Source: Catajapyx aquilonaris
Lineage: Eukaryota
Direction: 5' to 3'
Assembly (NCBI GenBank): GCA_000934665.2
Contig: KZ538151.1
Span: forward strand, 1-64,000
Length of the DNA: 64,000 bases
In this document: positions 38,301 to 50,422 of the stretch, piece by piece
Numbering within the stretch: the stretch's first letter is position 1
Layout: each line of letters begins with the position of its first letter
Made by a program: the position numbers and the translations under genes
The notes under the pieces: model-generated
Told to the model about the DNA's origin: nothing
Seen by the model: only the letters and a program-made list of their open reading frames with translations
The model's database searches: none

Positions 38301-38675
38301 GTCCTTTACTGAAGTGCGTCGGCGGCAGCCGCGGTGACACCCTGGATCGCAAGGGTCGAGTGGCGCCTCCCTCAGCGGCCTACAGCGCCTACCTGAGCGG
38401 CTCTGAAGGAGATAACGAGCTCGAGAACTCCCCAGTGCATCGGCCTGCCACTCTCTCCCTGCTCAGACCCCAACGAGGAAAAGTCCCCGTTCAACAACAG
38501 CAGCAACAGCAACCCCAGGCCAACTACAGGCCGCAACAGCAGCAACAGCAGTTCGTTCCGGGCAAACATGGCGCCGGTTTGAGCGACACGCCTACCTCTG
38601 AGAACGCGTCCGAAGCGACGCTCACAGACTCGGAGCTGGCGCTTGCAAGGGATTCCACTCTCCTGGTGCAGAACG
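38301..38675 (+). CDS. Ten-a: Internal coding exon of a teneurin (Ten-a-like), encoding part of the N-terminal intracellular domain
   Basis: Open frame bounded by acceptor ttacttttgctgacAG (ends 38300) and consensus donor G|GTGAGT (38676). Length 375 bp, phase 1 at both ends, more GC-rich than the flanks. The peptide PLLK..TLDRKG..YLSGSE..PVHRPAT..GLSDTPTSE..RDS..QNG has the same motif order I recall from Drosophila Ten-a (RPLLKS, SLDRRG, YMSGSE, PVARPAT, GLSDTPTSE, RDSFRMHNG). This homology is from memory and needs BLASTP confirmation. Confidence 0.85.
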
Positions 38676-38681
38676 GTGAGT
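38676..38681 (+). promoter_or_regulatory. 5' splice donor GTGAGT of the teneurin exon
   Basis: Consensus AACG|GTGAGT at the point where teneurin-like peptide similarity ends (..LLVQNG). Confidence 0.85.
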
Positions 38682-38717
38682 ACAACTTTCTACGAACATT
38701 GGCTACAACGGCCACGG

Positions 38718-39011
38718 GTCGTGAGCTACGACTACGAGTCGTGAGCTGCGACTACGAGTCGTGAGCTGCGACTACGAGTCGTGAGCTACGACTACGAGTC
38801 GTGAGCTGCGACTACGAGTCGTGAGCTGCGACTACGAGTCGTGAGCTGCGACTACGAGTCGTGAGCTACGACTACGAGTCTGTAATAAGCTACGGCTACG
38901 AGCTGGTAGTGAACTACGTCTACGAGTCGATAGTGAGCTACGTCTACGTGTCGTGAGCTGCGGCTACGAGTCATCAGCTGCGACTACGAGTCGCGAGCTA
39001 CAGCTACGAGC
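38718..39011. repeat. 20-bp minisatellite GTGAGCT(A/G)CGACTACGAGTC, 8 near-perfect units (38721-38880) plus degenerate units
   Basis: Read directly. The first eight units differ at only one position (A/G). Confidence 0.97.
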
Positions 39012-42000
39012 AAAATTTTCACCAGTTGAGCTACACGATTCGGTTGCAAGGGTGTCAGTTCTGTCTCTCAAGTAAGGGAAGCTTCAACCCGCTTAGAGCA
39101 TGCCTTCAAACCATGGCCCAATTACGCTCTTTTGACGCGAGCAGTGTGTACACCTGACGGGTGTCTAGCCGCGAGTGACGTCTCCCCGTCGCTGCAACAT
39201 ATCATCGCACTTTTGCCGAGAGGGATTGCATTATTTACACCCGCTGCAATGTAAGTTATGGCAGGTGAATGCTAGGTACTCCGGCAGCATAGGAAAGCGC
39301 CATCTTCGTTCGAGGGTATATCGATCACTATAGCCAAAATCGGACTCTAAAATTAGACCCTTGGTCGGTCGTGGGTCGGGGGGCGCACCTTTGTTTAGTC
39401 AGTGGGGGGCTAAAACTGGTTGGGCCCGATACAAACATAAGACACACAGAATAGCCTTTTTGCACATATTTTATTCAATTTCCATCAGTCCGGCAAAAAA
39501 TAGACCCCGATACAAGCCCAGCACTATTATAGGATAGGTTTCACCACTTAAAGGCATGTTCTGGTCGCCAATAATTAATGAACTACCGACCGTTTTAATT
39601 GACCCTATGGTTTCCTTGGCTTGTTTTGGGTCAACTTGTACAGTTCCAGTTCTGACTCACCCTGTAGATTGCATTGGATGTCGGGGGAGAACTTTCTTTC
39701 CCAATTTGATTAGCAGCATGCAATTTAAATGGCGTCCGCCAGCCTGAACATTCATCAGTGTCCGAGACGCGCTCTTTACCAATCTCGTTCTTGCCCAGAC
39801 CAATTACAGGGAGTCTATCGATACTATTGATTCAGCTAGGGGTATGTGTACCACCGGAATTTATGTATACATGCCCGGATATATGTACCGAAATACTTGT
39901 GAATCTCTTGCCACCACCCCGCGACGTAGTACTTGCTGACTCACCGCGGTCATATGCACCTATTGTTACCTAATCGTTGTGTTGTGATCGGTTATAGTTT
40001 GTCAGAGTTTTATACGGAAGATGTTCATTGAAGTGCGCTGTAAATAATTTAAAAATACGGACCAGACACATCCCTTATTCCATAGGTTCGTTTAAGTAGA
40101 CTTGAGGGTGATTTTTGGTGTATCTTGTTCGAGTAAGTGGATCGCTCAATATCAATTATGGGATGGTCAGCAATCGATCCAATGGCCCTCCAGCGGTCCC
40201 CCCCCCCCCCNCCCCCCCCCCCCTTATTTTTAAGGCTGACTGGTGCGCCAGGGTTATTGCGATCCTTGACCTTTTTCTTTTGCTCGTGTATGAGATCGCA
40301 ACAATGCCCTTGAAAAAAATCCAGAGTCGTTTTCCCTGGAGGTTATGCAACCCTCCCTTGGCAGCTAATCGGGCTAATTGCGTCGGATCACAGGATCTTC
40401 CAAAGTGCCATCGGTGGCCGGGACTTATTTCCAGTCACTCCCGCCTCCTTCCAAGTAATGACGGCACTAATGTAATGGAGTCTTTGATGCCCGGAAATTG
40501 CAACGAATGACCCCTCTCGGCCCATTGCTTCCTCCATCCCCCTCTTCCAATCCGGGGATGGGGAGGTGGAGGAAAAGCCTTATCTCCTGGAAATGGGAAA
40601 TCCGGTTTGGAAGCGTTTCGATCTGCGAATTAACTAATAATAATCCAAAACCCAGTTGGTTCAAGACTGAATTTCACAAGCCTATGATCTATTAGGTAAT
40701 AAATATTCGGAATATATGTGACGACACTAGGTATTATTCACGATTTAATTTATGGCTCCGGCACGCTGATTAATTACAGTGACCTTTTACGCTCAAAATG
40801 TGCATTACTATCGATTAACCCAGATATGCCTGAATTATTATTTTTTGTAATTAAAACTATTTTTAAATAAAAACGAGCTAATGAACTAACACTGACTAAA
40901 AATTTGACATGGTCCGTATTAATGCGAATAATCCGGCTTTTTAGCAAAAGATCCGGGAATGAACGTAATTTTTTTAAGTGGAACAATTTGCAACATTTTG
41001 GTCATGGACTTCTTGGTACAATCATGATGCAAAAATTAGATGTAATCTGGGTGGTGTATAAAATGATGCATGCGGGTCTCGATTTAACACCCACCTTTCC
41101 TTGTCATTCGAGCGCAATTTCTGTAAAAGTTAATCTGTGTTTAATTGCGGCAAAAATGAGCTGGGGCCAGCCTGGTTATCATCCGTGATTATTTTAAACG
41201 TCCCCTCGGAGACCGGCCAGGCAATACATTAGTTTGATAACCGGGGACGTTATTGGAGCAGTAACGAGCCACGGTCCAATGAGACCCGGGAAATAGAACC
41301 GATTTTACCCGGGGTCTCATGACATTCCCTTCGTTTTCATGCCTTTAAAAAAAAGAGGCAAGTACTGAATCGATTTTCTTGATGAATGTGGCCCCGAGTC
41401 CCCTTCTCCAATGTACTCGATTTTATTAGGGTTTGAACGTGACCTGGAATTTTCAGGGTGCTTCAAAAAAAACATAAGCAGAACGGTTCCGAGTTAAACA
41501 GAAAATTTAACTGCTTTTTAGGGCCATTAATATATTGCTAATTACTGTCGCAGTGCTTCTGTGTTGCTTGGCAACAGAGTGAAGTGCGCGAACGCACTTG
41601 AAAAGCACTGTGATGTGTACCAGCCTGTTTTTACGGGGCGTAAATGGGGTTCTTCATAATGAGAATTTTTGTGGAAACTTTTTTTTTGGGGGGGGGGGGG
41701 CTATAGCAAGTTTCAGCTTTTGTTCTGATATGGATTTGATAGTGTGCAAAAATTGTGGTTTGTTCATTTTTTCCACTTCTTTTTTCCAAGCTATAGTTTT
41801 GCAACATTGTGGCCAAGAAGCTTCTAAAGCTCTATTATAAAAATTGAGTGCTTTAATAGACCAAAAATCATTATTAGTAAAAATATACCGGATGCTTTAA
41901 AGTTGCAAATTTGCAATGTGTTATTTCAATTCAAAAATACCTTCAATAGTGTTGTTATAGTAAGATGTAATTGTTGCTGAATTTTATTCGCAATTTGAGA

Positions 42001-45000
42001 CCATGAAATGCACAGCGTCATTTGAATTTCATTGGGATGTGAAATTTATGTGCGAAAATATGGTGAAATTAATGCACAAGAATTTGTAGCGGTCATTTGA
42101 TAAAAACTTCCTGCACATATTAAATATTGAAGTGTGGATTTTACAAGCGTGTAAATCGCGTGTAAAATTCGTTACATATTAAATTGATGTTAAAAATCAA
42201 GTTCTAACGTGAAATTCCACCCGTTTTGGCTCAAAATATTTTACAAATTTTAAATATTAGTTGGTTTGGTGTAACATGCGTTGTTACATTGATGATTATA
42301 TATGCTACAATACATTAGTAATTTTTCTAAATTGTGTATTTAGAGTGACTGGATGGTTAACAAGTTGTTTTTTTTCATGAACTAGTCTCGGGCACATTGA
42401 GCGTATATAAATTCATTCCAACCCATTAATTGCAAATGTTGCCAAAGCAATGAACATATTTTGCACTCGAGGGTTGTGTGCCTGTAAACAGCCATCGGAT
42501 AATTCAAATCAATATTATTTTAATACACAACCATCGTGCATTATATTCTTACCATTGCTGGGCTATAAAAAAACCGCTGTTGACACGACTTTCAACAAAA
42601 AAGAAGTCGTGTAATAATTCTGGGGACACTCTGTGGGTCCCCGAGCATCCGCCATGGAAAAGGAAGCGTCCAATTTGCTTGATTTTCTGCAAGGCGAGGT
42701 TTTAATACCAACCCCCGTGGCACTAAATTCAAGTTAGCAGTCACCGTGAGAGAGAGTAAATGAGTGCTGCACCGGCAGGGCCCCGCAATATTCCCAAATG
42801 ACACGGCGATACACAATGAAAGGCCCTAGCAAAAATTTGTTACCTGCTCATTTTGCGAACAAAAAAAAAATTATATTTATACACAAAATGTGCGGAGGGT
42901 TTCGTCCACATGAAATATTCAGGCGTCGGTGGCGCCGGAAAGATGAAAAAGTGTGCGTATGGCGGCGGCGGGCGTCTTCTTCTTTTTCACAAGATGTTAA
43001 ATCAGGTGCCGTCTACAGGAGGTGCGGAATGAACTTGATTTGCATACGAAGAGTCTAACTGGAAACTTTTAAAAAAAACGGTAACATTTTTTTTCTTCGT
43101 GTCTTGTAGTTCCGTGTAGGATAAGCCGAAAGAGCTTTTCCGGGAAATCCGGAGTGATTTTCCCCTCAGGGTTGGCTTTACTGTAGTTGACTTCCTCATA
43201 AATGAATGATAGTAAAAGGAAGGAGGAGGGACGCAGTCAATACTCTGATGCTCGAATTCACATAGCAAATATAGTTTGTTGCCTCAAGTGTATTTACATT
43301 TGTGGGCGAATGCGCACAGTTTCAATGTATTTCCTTATCTTTCCGGGTACCGACTTTGTCATAAAGCAGCCCACTGTACTCATACATAAATCGGTACAGT
43401 GTGTACATTTAAAAAAAATGCTTCTGCAAACAATTGCGATTAATTATACTATACCGATGTGTGACAGTTTGTGATTTTGGTCCTTTATATGTTGTGTGGT
43501 GATTAGAGAAGGAACATGGCTAGGGTATTGATCGTCGTTTAATACTCAGAAAACGTGGCGATACAGATCGTCAGTCTTTTTGTCCGGGGGAAGTTTCTCT
43601 TTAAGAATTAATCCTGGCGGATTCCGGAGCGCTTATTCTTTCGCGCTGCGAAAATCCTTCCTCCAAATGTGTCTTTAGATATCCCCTCCCATCGGGGGAT
43701 CCTGGGCCCAGGAATATAGATCTCTCTCCGGCTCCGAGTTGAGGCAAACGCAGTGACAGCATCCAAGAAGAGGATTTGTTACACAAGCCGGAGGGAGTCT
43801 CGTAATGATACCTCGTCTCCACCTTGCTCTCTTTTCCTTGAAAAGGTAACAAATGTAGATCGCTTCCATGATAAAGGCCCTGGAAAATTTTCCACGCACA
43901 GCACGAGACCTTGTTTCCAATACAAACCCTTGTTATTCGATTACGTTTTTATTTCCAAGAGAGAAAAAAAAGTAAGTTCATAATAAAGGTCTGGAGAGAA
44001 AAAATGGAAGGGCCTGAAAATTTTTGGAGTCGTGTAAAACTCTTTTTATTTGCACACAGGAATGGAGTCATTATTATGAAGAGCTGTAGGCAATTTTTAT
44101 AACATGGATGGGATTGGTTTTGTAACTTGTTTTCTGGACTGCAACGAATCGAGTAACGGTCGGAGTTCTGAGACAAAAATAGGCATTTTTTTCGACGTTT
44201 TTTTCTGGCGGACTTGTTCATTTGTTGAAGTATGGAAAGGAACATCTTTTTTGCCCTGGCGGAAAGCTCGTATAAATTTTTAGTTCTGCAGATGTGTAAT
44301 AATTCAGGGGAATACTGTACGTCGCACTGCACTGGCGGTCATGAAATAATTAACGCCGAAATATAGTCTTCCAGTCTACCATGCAGTAGCTTTTTGCATT
44401 TGAAATAATATGAAATTACTAATTCATAATTATGGTGAAATGGTATCGATATAAAACTGCTGGAAATAATTCGCGGCTCTTGATTACTGTAAATATGAAA
44501 ATTAACCCATTTTTGTCTTCTACTTTTCCGCAAAAAAATTCATCCCCATGTGAACCAGAATATTCTCTCTTATTTTAGAATCTAGGTTTTGGTGCCATGC
44601 AATAATATTTTTACTTGCAACCGACATTTTGCACTACACGTATAATGCTCACAGCTCTGCGAACTTACGAGAATTTGATAGCTCGTGACCATAACTCAAT
44701 GCAGTAATGCTTCCCTGCAGTTAAGTCCATTCAATCTTAAGTGCTGCACAGGCCTGGAGGCTACTCCATCTGTAGAGCTAGCTAGGAACCTTCAGCAGCT
44801 CCCGGGGACAAAGTAGGAGGAAAAAAGAAGTTCCATGGAAATTGTCGGCGACACATATCTGTAGGTAAAGGGGAGTAAAAAAAAAAGAAGGAGAGTCTCG
44901 GATCGAAGCAAAAGGGAACGTATATGAAAAGGGAAGGAGGTCTGGGAATGGAAATTTGAGAATCTTCCTCACAACAGGCACCGGACTCTGTCCAATCTCA

Positions 45001-48000
45001 CAGAGATTTCCCTCTTGGGCCATCGGAGGAAAGACTCCAGAGTGATCCCTTGGAAAGATGGTCGGAAAAGCTAGAAAGGAAGAGGAAAAAATTGTCTGTG
45101 ACCTGTGTACACCAGCCTCCGTCTTATTACTCGACTCTTAAGCCCCGTGCACTTACTCGCAATTAAGGAGTCGGAGGCGCAAAAGAGGATTTGAAACTTT
45201 CGTTTTAGTCGCGGCAGGCTTCCAATAAAGATTCACGGCCTCTTTCCTCCATCGGTTGGAGCTGTTCCAAAAGCTTAAAGCACCACCCCCTGTTCCAAAA
45301 AAAAAGAAGGAAAAGTACTCCACTTCATATCTGGGAGTCTTCTGGCTCAGGAGAGTTACGAGGTGGTGAAGAGTTTGCAGTCCAGGTGCTGCCAAGGATC
45401 ACATAGGCTGTCAGACCCATCTGGTGAACGAACCCAAGTCGACACATATTGTCCAAATGTTTTCGGCAGCTCGAGTAGTTGTAGCACAACCTGGTTCAAT
45501 ATATATTTTGTCAAAAAAAAAAATTTTGAACCAAATTTTTTCGCTCATCTCACCAATGATGACAACATGAAAGGTAACTAGCTAGCCGATACATCCCGGT
45601 GGGGTTATTTCAGCTGTGATCTCGCTAACGAGTTTGTCATATTTTTACAGCAGACGGTTGTCCAATTATCTCGAAATCATTCATAGAGTTAGGGTATAGA
45701 GTGGGGGGCGGTTCTTTGAATTAAAATTGGGGACCGGCTTGATAGCAAAGTTGTAAAAAAATTTTTTTTTGCGAGGGGTAGCGTCAGAGAGAGGTGTTCA
45801 ATGCGGTGCATGAAGTTACAATTACAGGATCAGAATGATCATACCGCTTTTTTGCAGGGGGAAAATATGCCAGATCGAATTACGGTTAAGGAAGGTGTGT
45901 CGGGCCAATTTTTTGCAACTCATTATAACCCTCTCTGGTTGTTTAAAAAAATACATCGGAGAGCTAGGGGGATGTGTATGGGATGTCGGATACAAAAGAG
46001 ACGCATTTTGTATCAAATTCCCAATATGGTCATTTATAGCGGGCTGGGATACCTTGATGGGTGTCATTCGGAATAAACAGAGCGCGTAAATGTTTGTGTT
46101 GATGAACCATTGTCCCACCACCCCAGTTCCAGCCATTTTTTTCTCTCTGCTCTCTGCTCATTTTATACACAACAACCGGGGGAATTTAGCAGAAAACCTC
46201 TCATTTTTATACCCTCTTTTCGGCCGCAAAAATAGAGCCTACCCTCGTCCCAGGCCCGGTGGTATTGATCCAACTCCCGGCTTTCCCCTCCCAAAAAATG
46301 CGTTTTTCAGCACATGTTAGGCCCCTGAAATAACTAGAGAGAAGTAACACCGAATATATACAATAATATGCTCTCCCCCTGAAATTAAAAGTATAAATTA
46401 GATTTTTTTTTTCTTCTTCTTCTAAAAAATCCGCAGAAGCCCCTCTAATGTTGCTTGCAGTTTCGTAATGAGCAATAGGGTTGAACAACCTTTCCCAGCA
46501 GAGTCAGGAAGCCACACGACTCCTTTAGCAGACAGGATATTAAACCTTTGCAATATGAGTAAACATTGAAGCGGCGCAAACACTTTCCTTCCAAGCCCTA
46601 ACCCATAACCTACTTCCTCTCTCTTGATATAGGATTTGGAAGAAGCAATTTTAGCGAGCCGGTAGGCCTGTAGACTTCATCCTGTATTTACCCTCAAGGT
46701 AGTCAAATTCTCCAAAAGCTGGGATCGTTTGTGTGTGTACATATGCGTGGTATGCACTCTAACGAGTATGCAGAGCGTTAATGTACGAGTATAGAAGCCA
46801 GAATTAATTCGGAATATTGTCAGATTTTTTTTACTGTAATAGGTATTTAAATTGTGCATATATAATCATTGTGTGCCAGAAATAAACTTCCGCATTCATT
46901 TTTGAAAGTATCCTGCTGTATACAGACATAAAATCCGGTATAAGCCTTAACACCAGGCATGCATGGCTGATCGGAGACACGCAGTTCGCATAAACTCTAC
47001 CAAAAACGCAGGTTTATGCATCGCGTTTGAAATAGCCTCCCTGGTCGACCTATACCTATCCTCGGCCGCATCAATCAATCCAGCCGGACAGTTTCATGGA
47101 TTCTTATTGAGCTTCCCGTGACAGGAGGGCTGCCTAATAACATCGAATGCACAGTTAAAACTCTGGTTAAGTCCCTTAATCCTCCGTGACCTGACCACTG
47201 GACGTTTGCAGTCCCCAAATCCTGTCAGATAAATTTATCCCGCTGATGGGAATGTATAGTTTTTATTCCGGCTTTTCACCCAGGCATGAATGGAGATTTA
47301 CTAGATACATGGGGAGAGAGGGCTTTCCGATAGCCTGTTTATCACGCTGCGATAATATTATTATAAAGTTCATTGATAGGGTTATGCACACATTACGCGG
47401 ACTGGAACCGAATGTATCAAAATCTTTTTTTTTTGCAAACCAGCGCATATTCCGCGAAACAATACGAGCATTGGATAAAAAAAGGACGGGCTTTTGGAAT
47501 TCAATTGTTAATTTCTCTCGCAGTTTTTTTTTTTAAAATTCCCCCAAAATCCGGGCGGTGTTAAGTTTTTTTCCGGCGATAGGCGCACTTTATGATTATC
47601 CGGGCTTATTAATTTCACAGCCGTTGACGCCAATGGTGATCGCGGAATGGATTAAAAATCGGCTGACTAGAACTGGAAATAGTTATGGTGGGCGATTGTG
47701 GGCAATTTGTTCGCCTTCGAACCATAGTATCGGAAGTTTCAGCCCGTGAAATTTGGTTATATTCGCGCAAACTGGTTCGAATCGCCGAGGAGAGTTTCGT
47801 CGCATTAATTCCGCGGCTGGAAATCGCGTTTGTTTTTTAAGCAAATTTTTTTTGGGTAAAGATAGAAGAGAACGCTTATGCGCCCGGTCATTATGGAAAC
47901 GCAAATGCATCTACTGCTGTAAATTCGCAAAATATTCTGCTAAGCCTGCTTTACGCTTGCCGAACGGATCCTCAGTGATGGGAAAAAATAGCATTAGAGC

Positions 48001-50324
48001 CCTGGCGATTCTACTTTTTTTTTTTTGGAGCGAGAGCCGTTCCACAGCCGAGCTTAATGTCGTTTTGAATTAAACACCTAAGCAAAAATCCGCACTGCTA
48101 TTACTCAGCAGCTCGTGTAAAACAAAGACAAATTCGAGCTTTATTCCTGCTGCCCCTGCAACCTGTAAGGCCACAAATTGCAATGAAATATGAATTTTTA
48201 CAAAAATTAGTTTGCACCCTATTTACCACCCTACTGAAACCTGTAAACCAGATGAATTTTTTTTGCACTACATGAGTACGCAGTGCCGTAATTTTTTCGC
48301 GAAAAAAACCGTGTCCACCGGCGATCTAATCTCAAAAACCGGGGAGAGTTGGCGCTAAATGCGAATTCACAGATGGATTGCATAATCAATCTGGCCTTTT
48401 GGGATACCCATGTTATAGTAGACCCCTCCAACCCCATCTGGGGGGCCACTGAGGGGCAAAAAGTGGAACGGAAGCCGAAAAGACCGTCATCCTAACCTGG
48501 CCCCGCCAAAAAACTGCGGTTTTTCTGGTCTCCAACGGCCGAGAGGGCAATGCAAACTAAGCGTACTGTACATACACCAGGGCCGGATTTTCCGATGCTC
48601 CCTGCCCTGTTTTTTGGGTTTTTCGATGAGGAAAATGTTAGGGCCCGGGTTCTCAGAAGGGACCTACGTCAGGGCGTGGGGAGCTCTGATAATAAATATG
48701 CAGCAGCGATGCGACGGTGATTAAACATAAAACGTGGGGCTTGGGCGATGTCGCGTAACTTGGGCTACGGTTGGATTCGAAATTATTCCCATGTGCTCGT
48801 TTTTTTTGCACGGTGCTAAAAATGGCCTCACGCGTCTGAAAATAACTGTGGCAACGTTGCACACTGATATTTTTTCTCCTAATGTTAATATGGTTATTCT
48901 CTCCGTCGGATGTTTGTCGGAACTGAGTATCGTTGTTTGTTATCTCTCACACGGCCTGAGGGTGGCAGGAGTGTCCAGTGGGAGTATGCGACATCTGTGC
49001 GTGATGAATAACACTACGTGGTAAATCGGAGGGCCGTCACTGTCAAAGAAATTAATAACGATGAAATGATACACTTCCCATTGTTGCGACAGCCCACTTT
49101 TTTTTCTATCCATAATCCAAACATGATACAAAACGGGCCAATCAGACATGTCACATCCCTTGTTAACAATCCGTACATTTCCAGTCCCCCCTTTTACCTT
49201 AACAAAGAGTCGACAAGCGCAGCATCCTATTCCTTTTCCCCCCACTGTGTTGTGTTGCTTTTCCCCCGTCGTCTTTCATGGTCTGCCTAATTGGCTCTCC
49301 AAATAGGACGTGTTTGTTAGGGCGACGTTCTTCACCTGCCCACGTGCCTTCCTCTACCTTCCTTCCCCTCCTTCTTGCTTCCGTTCAACGATAACTTCGT
49401 GGGGTTCCTCTCCATCTACAGGGTGAGTCAGATTGACTCAAAACATGTCTTAAATCATGGTGGTGAAATCAACCGGTGGCGACATAACCAGTTTACATTG
49501 CAGTTTTAAAGCGCATCGATATAATTCGGCGTAAGATGTATATCCATACACTGCATTTCCGACTCACCTTGTATCCCGCAGAGAAACCGCCGAAACCTCC
49601 CTAGTGTCACGTACAACTCAGCTGGATATTTGTGGGGTCCAATTACGGTCACCAGGGCGACGGACCAAATTCTATTCAGCCGATCCTTACCTTGGCCGGA
49701 CACCACTTTCTTCTCGGATAAGCGTTGCTGAGTAACCGGTGCTGGGGCCTTCATTGCATTGTGCGGGGGTATATAGCTGAAGGTGTCCAGGGGTCGCAAA
49801 TTGGGCCTCTGTATACCTGATTTTCATTCGATGTTGCTATGGAGGATTACGAAGTTGCCGAGCTTATCCAGTTTTGTGGCGGACCCCTAGAGAGGAAGGG
49901 GTGGCCATAACTTCTGGAAACTGGTGTTACACCCAAGAAAACCGATGGGGAAAACAGAGTGGCGACCACATGCAAACTGCTGTAAAGCCAGTGACAGAAA
50001 ACCAAGCTCGGTTTAACTTGCAGCTTGGAAAACGCATAGGATATTAATGTGCCAGCATATCGCATAACCAGGGATTAACCAGCCGGATTCCCTGGAGGAA
50101 TCGGCCAAGGAAAACCGGTTTAAACACATCAAACAGGATATTGCATAACAGCAGTTGAGTCAGCTGATATGTCTGTTTCAGTAGCTGAGGGCATTTCAGT
50201 ACTTGCACTGTCTTCAATCAGAACTGAATTTGCAACTTTGATATCTATTCAACCGGTTGAGAACTCTGTTTAGGTCAAGATTTTGAAGAAAAAAACTTAC
50301 CTTCAAACTGCTCCGGCCCCCAGA

Positions 50325-50422
50325 TTGTCCACGTAGTACAATATCTGACAGATAGATGGCGCATCTTCCCTCTCTTCCCACTACTGCCACTCTTAGGGCA
50401 GTGTGTGGTACTACATGGACAA
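50325..50422. mobile_element. 98-bp TIR-bounded mini-element containing a CTCF-like motif
   Basis: TTGTCCACGTAGTAC (50325-50339) / GTACTACATGGACAA (50408-50422), 14 of 15 inverted. Internal TAGATGGCGCA and a small ACTGCC/GGCAGT stem. Confidence 0.55.

Noticed and set aside
38718..39011. Regular short repeats resembling a CRISPR array
   Set aside because: Units are head-to-tail with no unique spacers, there are no cas genes, and the context is a eukaryotic intron.
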